Of a stretch of 64,000 nucleotides of DNA, positions 55,501 through 63,027 are shown piece by piece (positions within the stretch are counted from its first letter, which is position 1; every line of letters starts with the position of its first letter). The position numbers were made by a program, and so were the translations under genes. The DNA comes from Pyrinomonadaceae bacterium (GTDB lineage: Bacteria > Acidobacteriota > Blastocatellia > Pyrinomonadales > Pyrinomonadaceae). The stretch lies in the NCBI GenBank assembly GCA_051004635.1, contig JBPCKD010000005.1:4558-68557 (forward strand), in the 5' to 3' direction. The notes under the pieces are model-generated. The model did not search any database. It had not been told where the DNA came from and worked only from the letters and a program-made list of their open reading frames with translations.

Positions 55501-56173
55501 CCCCGTCGGCCGGCCGCAAACTGTGACGGTGGATCTAACCGGCAAGTTTCTCAGTTCGAACCGTGAGGTCCGCATCGTTACCAACATGCGTATTTACTGG
55601 GACCAGATTCTGGTGGGCACCTCGGGAAACGACTCCTCGATCCTAACGACGAAGCTCGATCCGGTCGTCGCCAATCTGCGGTGGCGTGGTTTTTCTCGAG
55701 AGCTTTCATTGGATGGACGCCAGCCTTTAGGCTACGACTACGCGCAGGTCTCATTTACTTCCCCCTGGAAGGTAATGACTGGTCGTTATACACGCGAGGG
55801 CGATGTACGAGAACTGATGATTAAGTCAGACGACATGTTCGTTATTTCGCGACCTGGTGATGAGATTAGTCTGTCGTTTGATGCAGGTAAGCTGCCGCCG
55901 CTGCCGCGTGGATGGACCCGAACTTTCCTGCTCTACGCCGACGGCTTCAGTAAGGAGATGGATATCAACTCGGCTAGTCCCGATCAGATAAGCCCATTGC
56001 CTTTTCACGGAATGAGCAGATATCCGTACACCTGGCCGGAACGATATCCTTTGACTAAGGAGCGCCTCAAATATTTAGAGACTTACAACACGCGTGTGGT
56101 CGCGTCGCCAGTACCTAAAATCGAGACGGAGTTTATCGGTCGGAGAGAGTCCACAGTGATGAGTAATGAGTGA
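52514..56173 (+). CDS. giant TPR plus FG-GAP/VCBS plus ASPIC/UnbV protein, paralogue of 47487-51047
   Basis: N-terminal TM/signal sequence and TPRs (residues about 60-260). FG-GAP loops (DSDLDGDLDIF, DYDNDGKPDLF, VDVDHDGDLDVF, GDVNKDGYTDFF, DYDNDGLLDCL, GDIDQDGDEDFV). ASPIC motif SGVGAKIEARAG...LFGLGKRTAPDAVRVLWPAG. The C-terminal module starts at SSCPYLYVWNG. ATG at 52514; the ORF track starts at a TTG at 52460. Confidence 0.85.
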   Translation: MKRFKYWFFLPLAFIVVITTVSTVIDPTSASLQNQPLAAAREEAYRANNIGVALLEQFKYKEAADAFKRALQLDPKSPLARINLGIALYNLPDLPGAQREMQTAITLAPTAPQPHYILGLTAKTQNRAEDAIAAFQRVLKIDPNDVGTNINLGQLYAQQRKYPEAIAVLRTALAAEPYNATALYNLGTSLMRSGQRDEGQNVIKQFQELRQRGSGSTIGTNYLEQGRYAEAIVSTGAEPELVDRAVPAVAFTDATAEILPGRAKAPESGIPPSPLLGREFKSGGLNDAARSELAAGLGGNVTLFDSDLDGDLDIFWVAPVEQRFYRNDGGKFTDITAQSGALNAKPISTGVGAVAGDYDNDGKPDLFVIRYGSLALYHNDGGGKFSDVTAASGIAAYPYLPSSAAFVDVDHDGDLDVFVAGLADLSKPLKGGEPAVFPDDFAGAPNTLLRNDGTGKFTDITAAAKLDRIGHTTVVVPTDFNNKRDVDLLVADYGKAPELFSNLRDGSFRNVANEIGLGNGGRWTAVAAGDVNKDGYTDFFFGQADGLAVFAISDGQEKFKTVPAPNGSEAVSAAQFLDYDNDGLLDCLALTDKGLRVWRNVGNDTNASGATPPASPKWMDVSERARTNERAGGPLQVNASRLFGAGDIDQDGDEDFVFLSSSGELRVARNDGGNLNRSLRVNLAGKVSNRSGVGAKIEARAGSLVQKIETYSASPAPAPADVLFGLGKRTAPDAVRVLWPAGIVQAETELAKVPPGKSSSALTLAVTELDRKPSSCPYLYVWNGERFEFVTDFLGGGEMGHLEEPGRYNAPDPDEYVRIRGDQLKERHGRYELRVTNELEEALFVDKLQLIAVAHPQGVEVYPNEGLTGPPLPPFKLYATSAAKAPASAVDDHGHDVLSRIARLDREYPDDFRLHQIRGFADEHTLTLKLFEAEPVKEKSKVRSERTLLLLTGWTDYAWSSDTLAASQSGKSLMLPALQVKDVRGRWRTVIENIGIPVGRPQTVTVDLTGKFLSSNREVRIVTNMRIYWDQILVGTSGNDSSILTTKLDPVVANLRWRGFSRELSLDGRQPLGYDYAQVSFTSPWKVMTGRYTREGDVRELMIKSDDMFVISRPGDEISLSFDAGKLPPLPRGWTRTFLLYADGFSKEMDINSASPDQISPLPFHGMSRYPYTWPERYPLTKERLKYLETYNTRVVASPVPKIETEFIGRRESTVMSNE

Positions 56174-56196
56174 TGAGTAGTGGGTTCACCGAGGAT

Positions 56197-56267
56197 ACGA
56201 TCCAGGAATGTACACGAACCGTCCCGAAAATATTGTTAGTGTGATTTTGTGTGATTTCGTGGATCGT
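56197..56267. repeat. family-A palindromic repeat
   Basis: ACGATCCAGGAATGTACACGAA ... TTGTGTGATTTCGTGGATCGT. Lies between the giant gene stop and the CN-hydrolase start. Confidence 0.7.
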
Positions 56268-56314
56268 ACCTCTTGTTTGTGCTCTAACCCGCGCTTCGTC
56301 GAATAGACAGCAAA

Positions 56315-57325
56315 ATGGAACACATTAGATACTCCGTAGCCGCGTGCCAGACGGATCTGCCTAATCCGCTGGACCGTCGGGCGATGCGCGCGAACACGGA
56401 TCGAATGCTTTCGATGATCGATTCCGCCGTGGCCGGTGCGGCGCCGTTCCTGCCCGTTCGCCTTGTCGTCTTTCCCGAGTTTGCCCATGCTGCACCTGTT
56501 TTCCCGACCGCAGCGGAGTTGATCGACAAGCTTGCTGTGGCGATTCCAAACGAACATACGGAACTGCTTGAACGGAAAGCCGCGGAACACGACATCTACA
56601 TTCAAAGCGGGTCGATGCTCGAAGTCGATTCCAAATGGCCGGGGCATGTTTTCAACACGACCTGCCTGATTGGTCCAGAAGGGATGCTCTTCAAATATCG
56701 GAAGGTTAATACATGGATTCCCTACGAGGTACATACCAGTCCACATGATCTGGAGGGCTATGACGAACCGCTTTTTCCGGTGGCGGAAACCTCCATCGGC
56801 CGATTGGGTTGTGCCATCTGTTACGACTGGTTATTTCCGGAAGCGATGCGGCAACTGACCGCCAACGGAGCCGAAGTGCTGATACGCGTCTCGGCTTACA
56901 TGGACCCCTGGGGAGCGACGGAGCCAATGGATTGGTGGACCATCGTGAACCGCTGTCGCGCGCTGGAGAATATGGCCTACGTCGTGGCCGCGAATCAGGG
57001 GGCAAGCTTGAAACACTACCCACCCTATTCGTGGCCCGGCGGCAGCCAGGTAGTGGATTTCGATGGCCGTCTGCTCGCACAAGCTTCGCCCGGACCAGGT
57101 GAAAGGATCGTCGTCGCGCCAATTGACATTTCGGCTCTACGCCACGAACGTGCCGTCCGTCGCGGACATCACATGCTTGCGCACCTGCGAACCGAGGCCT
57201 ATCCGGTTTACAGGAAGCATCAATACCCGCCAAGTCTGGCTGGCGATGGGGTAAGCGATTACGAGCGGAATAATCTTTTGATTGATGAGGCCAAAAGCAA
57301 GCTCAATGAGCAATTGATCAAGTGA
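56315..57325 (+). CDS. carbon-nitrogen hydrolase (nitrilase/amidase superfamily)
   Basis: Catalytic triad contexts are present: VVFPEFA (Glu), FKYRKVN (Lys) and LGCAICYDWLFPE (Cys). Confidence 0.85.
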   Translation: MEHIRYSVAACQTDLPNPLDRRAMRANTDRMLSMIDSAVAGAAPFLPVRLVVFPEFAHAAPVFPTAAELIDKLAVAIPNEHTELLERKAAEHDIYIQSGSMLEVDSKWPGHVFNTTCLIGPEGMLFKYRKVNTWIPYEVHTSPHDLEGYDEPLFPVAETSIGRLGCAICYDWLFPEAMRQLTANGAEVLIRVSAYMDPWGATEPMDWWTIVNRCRALENMAYVVAANQGASLKHYPPYSWPGGSQVVDFDGRLLAQASPGPGERIVVAPIDISALRHERAVRRGHHMLAHLRTEAYPVYRKHQYPPSLAGDGVSDYERNNLLIDEAKSKLNEQLIK

Positions 57326-57433
57326 GTACAGCTTGTTCATACTGCGGTTTTCACTCCGTGGGAGTGAGATGTTTATAGGCAGTCGCGTAAGACCAATACC
57401 AACTCCGTTCGGGATTGCGGCAGAGTCGACTCG

Positions 57434-57595
57434 TTGGATTGCGGTAACCTGTTACCGCTTTGGTAATCGGCGACCTGTCGCCGCCGTCCTCTCCACCGTT
57501 GCGCCCTCACGTTCCACCAGCTTCTATTCCAACGCCGAAGGCTGCGACAGGTCGCAGCCGACCAAAGCGGTAACAGGTTACCGCACTCCAAGGAG
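57434..57595. repeat. family-B palindromic repeat (CGGTAACCTGTTACCG ... CGGTAACAGGTTACCG)
   Basis: Same architecture as 34068-34196. Inner GCGACCTGTCGCC / GCGACAGGTCGC palindromes are also present. Confidence 0.75.
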
Positions 57596-58127
57596 TTGGC
57601 CGGTTCGCTCACAGTTATCACACTGCCTTTCTCCCGGCTTTATTAGCCGCCTTTGTCCCATTATGCCTTACAGGAACCGCGTCGGCGCTCGCCCGCGTTT
57701 CGCCAGGATGGCAGTCAAATACTTTTTGAAACCTCATTAAGGCGCAGCAAGCGAGGAATCTTCGGGTTCTGAGCCGAAGGGATCACTCTACGAAAGATAG
57801 TGGGTACAACGATTGCTCTACTTGAGGGCTGGTGTGTGTAGATTACCGTTGCGGTGCGCGGGCTGGTCACTACCATAAGCCTGATAGTCACAAGCCTCCG
57901 CCATTCCGTCACAAAATTCATCCGGCAAAAACCCACCGGCCGTATAACCTGGAGTATCAAGTCAGAGTGAACGAAAGTTGCGCCGACCAGGTCGAACTTT
58001 CACCACAGCTTCCGGCATTTTTCAATTCCACCTGCTCGTTTCTCGCGAGCCAGCAGCGCCCCGATGGCTACCCACATCCTTCCTCGCCCATCTGGCGACA
58101 ACAGCATCCATGAGAGAAAAGGCAAAA

Positions 58128-58322
58128 ATGATTTATTACTACTTCAAGGACGACAAAGGTGAATGGCGTTGGTTTCTGAAAGCGGGAAATGGGCGGCTCA
58201 TCGCAGCATCTGGCGAAGCCTACGAAGAGGAGCAGGAATGTTTGTACGATATCGAGTTGGTGAAAGGATCTACGAGCAGCCTGGTGAAGAAGCAAGAGCG
58301 CGGGTCAGCTCAGAGGATCTGA
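58128..58322 (+). CDS. DUF1508 (YegP-like) domain protein
   Basis: YYYFKDDKGEWRWFLKAGNGRLIAASGEAYEEEQECLYDIELVK matches the YegP/UPF0339 repeat. Start at the ATG at 58128 or 58110. Confidence 0.7.
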   Translation: MIYYYFKDDKGEWRWFLKAGNGRLIAASGEAYEEEQECLYDIELVKGSTSSLVKKQERGSAQRI

Positions 58323-58348
58323 AATCTGAAATCTGAGATCTGAAATCC
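58316..58348. repeat. heptanucleotide tandem repeat (ATCTGAA)n filling the gap between convergent genes
   Basis: GATCTGAAATCTGAAATCTGAGATCTGAAATCC. It contains the TGA stop of the YegP-like gene and abuts the stop of the response-regulator gene. Confidence 0.75.
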
Positions 58349-58815
58349 TAGTTCCGGCTAATCGGCAACAGGTATTCGAGTAAGTACGCTAACTGATCGT
58401 AGTCAGAAAGTCTGGTCACATACTCATTTCGCCGTAGGTTCACTTCCATCATCGGGACCGGGTCAAATGCCGATTCATGGCTGACGATTACAACGGGAAT
58501 CACCGCCGGCACCAATCCCAATCTGGAGTTCTTAATTATTTGCCGGGCAGCAACTAATTCATAGAGCAGCGGCACGTCCAGATCAACGAGCAGAAGATCC
58601 GGATGAGCATAGCGAGCCTGCTTGGCGGCCGCCTGCCCATTGTCGGTGTCCATCACCCGGTAGCCGTTTGGTTCGAGCACATATTTCATATCACAAAGCG
58701 TCTCTTCGTTATCTTTAACCAACAGGACCAGCGAGTTGCCGGCGGTAGCTTGCCTTCGCAGCGTCTTGCGGAAAGGATAACCGGTTGCTCCCGCATTCAT
58801 TGGATTAACAGACAT
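58348..58815 (-). CDS. single-domain response regulator (CheY-like receiver), atypical acidic pocket
   Basis: Receiver-fold pattern LVLLVKDNEE...PDLLLVDLDVP...VVIVSH. The usual DD pair near the N-terminus reads DN. No output domain. Confidence 0.7.
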   Translation of the reverse strand: MSVNPMNAGATGYPFRKTLRRQATAGNSLVLLVKDNEETLCDMKYVLEPNGYRVMDTDNGQAAAKQARYAHPDLLLVDLDVPLLYELVAARQIIKNSRLGLVPAVIPVVIVSHESAFDPVPMMEVNLRRNEYVTRLSDYDQLAYLLEYLLPISRN

Positions 58816-59152
58816 GACGTGTGTACTCCTATTTCGATTTGGGTGACTAGGGGCGGGGCGCGAACGTTGAAGATGTAGAACAACAGCAAGTCACTTGGAG
58901 CGAGGTTTCGAGCCTTGCTAAAGCTCGATGGTTCGCGTCCGGGTGACGAAGATGCGACTACTGCGGTCGCTGTCGGTTTTGGGGCCAACCGGCTTTGGCT
59001 CCGACGACAGGCGTTAGTCGTAGTTATTAGCTGAAGGGCGTGAAGGGGGAAGAATAAGTTAGATCTATTTGGTTGTATGTGCGCTCGCGCACTCAGGGGA
59101 AGCCCTAGCGCACTCGGGAGAACCCTTTAGCTCTCCAGGACGTTTTCTCAGA

Positions 59153-59516
59153 CTACTCGTAACGCAAGGCTTCAATCGGATCGAGGGCGCAGGCTTTACG
59201 GGCAGGGTAATAGCCAAAGAATATGCCCACCGCAGCTGAGAAGACTACTGAGCCTGCGATTGCGCTGACGCAGCAGGTCCGTGATCTGCTGTTGGGCCGT
59301 GTAGGTTGCGTCCTGCGAAATGGCCGACGCGTATGCGATCTGGAGGCGTGGACTTCCCAGCACCTTCTTTTGCACAGTTGTGTAGGGAGCGAAGGCAATA
59401 TCATCCTGATCGCGGCCCTGCTGGTCCTGGCCCTTGCGCGCCATCACACCTACTGCGTCAGGCCCTGGCTCGATGTACCTGTTTTGGGTTGGGCATTTGG
59501 CTAGGCCACACGCCAT
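59153..59516 (-). pseudogene. relic of a MacB/FtsX-family ABC transporter permease
   Basis: Two different frames carry family fragments. One is [47 protein letters not shown] (periplasmic-domain-like). The other is [37 protein letters not shown] (the last TM plus the canonical C-terminus). The roughly 250 aa expected between them, and the N-terminal TM, are absent. Confidence 0.6.
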
Positions 59517-59816
59517 CTAGAGCGTCAGGATAGCGACGAATTGTGTGTATTAGTCTTCTCACTCGTGATCCACCATCTACCCAGACACCGCGTAGACTCG
59601 AGAGGTTACAATCGAACGGGCTTCGAGCGTGCTGAATAAGCCGGTAATTCAGAGTACATCAAGCTTTAGCCAGCCTCTTTACGGACCAGTAACCTCATGG
59701 TTCAAATCTGAACTGCGCGCTCCTTTTCCTTTGTAACCATTCTGATGGGGAGGGTGTCTTACCAGACGGGAGGTCATCGATCCTCCATAATTCAGTTAAC
59801 CAGGAGTAAGGAAAAG

Positions 59817-60356
59817 ATGAAAAAACCAGGAAAGATTAGAATGTTGACTATCGCCTCCCTGTCGGCCGTTGCATTGGCCGCCCCGATAGCATTGGCCCAA
59901 ACAACCGGCACGAATCAAGAAAACCAACGGGTAACCCGTGGCGAAGGCCGCGGCCATGGCGAAGGCAAGGGCTGGGGAGATCGCGGTGGACGCGGGCGAC
60001 GCGGCGATCGTGGTGGCGGAAGGTTCCGCGGAATTACGCTGACTGACGATCAGAAAGCTAAAATGAAGCAGGTCAGTCAGAGTTTTCGCGAGCGCACGCA
60101 GTCGTTGCATCAGGAACTTCGCGCCAAACGTCAGGAGTTGCGTCAGGCAACCGAGGCCGGTACGTTCAATGAGGCTTTAGTGACTCAGAAGCTGCAAGAG
60201 TCAGCTGGTCTTCAGGCGAAAGTGATGGGTGAGCAGTTCAAGATGCATCAGGAGATGCAGTCTGTGCTAACGTCGGAACAGAAAGCCCAGATCGAACAGA
60301 AGCGCGCTGAGTTCAAAGCCAATCGGGGCAAACGCGGCGAGCGCAAGGTTCAGTAG
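59817..60356 (+). CDS. periplasmic Spy/CpxP-family (LTXXQ motif) protein
   Basis: Signal peptide MKKPGKIRMLTIASLSAVALAAPIALAQ, a Gly/Arg-rich linker, and LTDDQKAKM and LTSEQKAQI motifs in a helical, charged body. Confidence 0.7.
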   Translation: MKKPGKIRMLTIASLSAVALAAPIALAQTTGTNQENQRVTRGEGRGHGEGKGWGDRGGRGRRGDRGGGRFRGITLTDDQKAKMKQVSQSFRERTQSLHQELRAKRQELRQATEAGTFNEALVTQKLQESAGLQAKVMGEQFKMHQEMQSVLTSEQKAQIEQKRAEFKANRGKRGERKVQ

Positions 60357-60480
60357 CCAATCATAATTGGCCAATCAAGGCCATTCACCGGGTGGCGGGT
60401 CCAGGACTATTTGAGTCTGCCATCCAAAAGCTTGTCGATGAGGGCGCTTCCTGTCGCATAGTCACGAACAGGCCTCAGAC

Positions 60481-61056
60481 TTGGAGTTGGCGCGCTTCGC
60501 GCGTGAAGGCGATGAGTCTGCCTTCGAAGAAATCATGCGCCGCTACAGTCGTCGCGTCTTTCACTACGCCGGCAAGTTCTTTCGTCAGCGCAGTCTGGTA
60601 GAGGAGGCCGCCCAGGAGGTGTTCTTGAAAGCATTCACCGAGCTCGGGAGCTACGAAGGGCGCGGTTCAATGGAGGGTTGGTTGACGCGGATCACCACCA
60701 ACACATGCCTTAACATGCTGCGAAGTTCCAAGCGCCATCCCGAATTGACAGTCTCAGACCTGACCGATGATGAGAGTGCCTGGTTGGATAACAATCAGGC
60801 GGCGGCTGCGACCGAACGTCATCAATCGAGTGAGCGCAGCCTGGTTGCGGCTGATTTGGCTGGACGCGTCCTCCAAACTATGGCCCCAGAAGACCGGCTG
60901 GTTTTGACCTTGATTGATGGTGAGGATGCTTCAGTTAAGGACGTCGTCGAGTTGACTGGCTGGTCTGAATCGAAAGTAAAAGTACAAGCGTTTCGAGCGC
61001 GCCGGCGAATGCGCGAGGCCGTTGAGAAACTGCTGCGACGCAAAGACAAGGGATGA
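60481..61056 (+). CDS. ECF-subfamily RNA polymerase sigma-70 factor
   Basis: Region 2 is FEEIMRRYSRRVFHYAGKFFRQRSLVEEAAQEVFLKAF. Region 4 is an HTH (SVKDVVELTGWSESKVKVQAFRARRRM). TTG start; no upstream in-frame ATG or GTG after the stop at 60439. Confidence 0.85.
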   Translation: MELARFAREGDESAFEEIMRRYSRRVFHYAGKFFRQRSLVEEAAQEVFLKAFTELGSYEGRGSMEGWLTRITTNTCLNMLRSSKRHPELTVSDLTDDESAWLDNNQAAAATERHQSSERSLVAADLAGRVLQTMAPEDRLVLTLIDGEDASVKDVVELTGWSESKVKVQAFRARRRMREAVEKLLRRKDKG

Positions 61057-61175
61057 CAGCCAGTTCGCGAGAGTTCGGAGTACCGCCTTAGGCGGAGTGG
61101 CTTGGTTAGCGAGGATCGTCCGTCCAAAGGCAGGAATCCAAACTTACTCCAGTCGAAAGAGTTTGAGGAGGTAAG

Positions 61176-61670
61176 GTGAGCAAAAACCACATCATCAATC
61201 TAATTGAGAGCGCGCCTCTGGCAAGTTTGAGCGAAAGCGATCTGAACGCGATTCGTGGCCATACAAACGACTGCCTGGATTGCCGGCGAGCGTTTGAAGC
61301 AGCGCAGATTTCCATGCTCCTGCTGAAAGAGGAGGCAGCGGAAACATTTGAGCCTTCGCCTTTCTTTCACACCAAAGTTCTGGCCAACCTGCGGGAGCGG
61401 CAGACCGCGGGTGAACAGTGGGGGTGGAGCAAAGTCTGGCGTGCGGCAGGCGCGCTTGCTTCCTCCATGGCAGTCAGCGTCGCCGCCCTGGCGGCTTTGA
61501 CCTTTGTCATTCCGGGAAGCCAAAGCGTCGTACCGAAGGAGATGACGTCGGCGCTGAACACTTATTCCGCGGAAGAGGTGCTCCTGGATCAAGGCGAAGC
61601 CTTTAACGAAGTATCAGAGGACCAGATCCTGACAACGCTCTACGGAGCGGAAGATGAGGCGGCGAGGTAA
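61176..61670 (+). CDS. anti-sigma factor (zf-HC2 type), single-pass membrane protein
   Basis: H-x3-C-x2-C motif (GHTNDCLDCRRAF), TM helix AAGALASSMAVSVAALAALTFVI, and GTG start with RBS GAGGAG. Confidence 0.7.
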   Translation: MSKNHIINLIESAPLASLSESDLNAIRGHTNDCLDCRRAFEAAQISMLLLKEEAAETFEPSPFFHTKVLANLRERQTAGEQWGWSKVWRAAGALASSMAVSVAALAALTFVIPGSQSVVPKEMTSALNTYSAEEVLLDQGEAFNEVSEDQILTTLYGAEDEAAR

Positions 61671-61673
61671 ATT

Positions 61674-62075
61674 ATGGACACTATTAGCAAGAGCAAGTGG
61701 AAGGTGCGGGGAGCGGCCATAATCATATTCATACTCGGTTTCTCTGCGGGCGCTCTCGCCTTGAACGCATATAGGAGATGGGACAGAACCGGCGCCGCGC
61801 CATCACGGCAGCACCGATTCGAGCGTATGCTTGATACCCTCCAACTCAGCGCCGATCAAAAAACACAGGTTAATAAAATCCTGAGCGACAGTCGCGAACA
61901 ACTGCAAGCTCTTAGAAAAGAGTCAGAGCCGCGAGTTGGCGAAATTCGTCAACAAGCGGACGAACGCCTTCAGAAGGTGCTCACGCCGGAGCAGTGGAAA
62001 CAGTTTCAGCAGATGAGAACCGAGTTACGAGGTCGCGGCCGCCGCGGAAAAGAAAACAGTTCGAGCACTCCGTAG
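61674..62075 (+). CDS. membrane-anchored Spy/CpxP-like (LTXXQ) periplasmic protein
   Basis: N-terminal TM helix, then LQLSADQKTQV and LTPEQWKQF motifs. Starts 3 nt after the anti-sigma stop. Confidence 0.65.
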   Translation: MDTISKSKWKVRGAAIIIFILGFSAGALALNAYRRWDRTGAAPSRQHRFERMLDTLQLSADQKTQVNKILSDSREQLQALRKESEPRVGEIRQQADERLQKVLTPEQWKQFQQMRTELRGRGRRGKENSSSTP

Positions 62076-62267
62076 TTGAGCGTTACCCCAAAAGGTTGGA
62101 GAAGTGGATCGACTCATACCGTATCGTAGACGCACCCGGCGAGTGATTCTTTTTCAGCATCAACAGCGTCTGAATTTTTCTTGGAAAACAACGTAGTCTT
62201 CTTTAACTCGACGAAGCAGCGACGATGTGGCATGACCATTGCCAATGGTTCCCCCCGGAGGCTAACA

Positions 62268-62621
62268 ATGAAGAAAATACTTGCCACTCTTATTTGCATG
62301 GTTGTTCTTAGCATGTCGGCTCTGCCAGTTGCCGCGCAACGACGAGCTCGTTGGAATAACCGGCCGGTTTACAACACTCGTTATGATAGTCGGTACGACA
62401 ACAACAGCGTCTATCGTAACGATGATTATCGTTATGGGCGCGAGCGGTCGGTTTGGGATAAGCATCGCGACAAGATAACTACGGCGGGGGGCGCCGTCGG
62501 TGGTGCGCTTCTTGGCGGTCTGATAGGCGGGAAAAAAGGCGCGATAATTGGTGCGATTACCGGCGGCGCGGGCGCGGCTGTGTACACCTACAAGATTCGC
62601 GACAAATATCGTCGCTACTAA
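62268..62621 (+). CDS. glycine-zipper small secreted/membrane protein
   Basis: RBS GGAGG (62257-62261) and signal peptide MKKILATLICMVVLSMSALPVAAQ. A Tyr/Arg/Asp-rich segment is followed by GGAVGGALLGGLIGGKKGAIIGAITGGAGAAV. Confidence 0.65.
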   Translation: MKKILATLICMVVLSMSALPVAAQRRARWNNRPVYNTRYDSRYDNNSVYRNDDYRYGRERSVWDKHRDKITTAGGAVGGALLGGLIGGKKGAIIGAITGGAGAAVYTYKIRDKYRRY

Positions 62622-62674
62622 CTGAAAAGAATTGATCTCGGTTGTCGATTGAAAAATTGGCGACCTTGTTTGAG

Positions 62675-62706
62675 GCCCGGATGTGAAGGGGACAGCACAT
62701 CCGGGC
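62675..62706 (+). terminator. stem-loop after the glycine-zipper gene (no clear U-tract)
   Basis: GCCCGGATGTG (62675-62685) pairs with CACATCCGGGC (62696-62706) across a 10-nt loop. Confidence 0.45.
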
Positions 62707-63027
62707 TTCAGCATTTGTTGGCCCGTCTTGTGTGCCCACGGAGATGATGCCTGTAAATGATGGCCTGCGTTGGGGTCGTTAATGTGCCCTTCCTCCACTC
62801 AATTCTCAGATGATTTAGTGGGCCTGGTTCTATCTGTCAAACTGACTCGCTAGCCTTGCGCAGCACCTTTGGACAAACTCCTCAGCCTTCGCTTAAGGTA
62901 TCTCGGCCCGTCCAAATTCGAAGGACCAAGATTTTTAGAGAAAAGATCTGCGAAGGCGGTGTTCTTAAATAGCGCGGCGGTTGAAGTTCTGTTAGAAATA
63001 GACCAATCAAAGAATTCGGAGATCGGA

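Noticed and set aside
56186-56746. 186-aa minus-strand ORF
   Set aside because: It spans the family-A repeat and runs antisense through the 5' part of the CN-hydrolase gene.
62707-63027. Possible SAM or SAH riboswitch in the 320-nt leader of the cystathionine-beta-synthase-like gene
   Set aside because: I looked for S-box-like and SAH-riboswitch-like conserved cores and found none by eye. A covariance-model scan would be needed before any claim.
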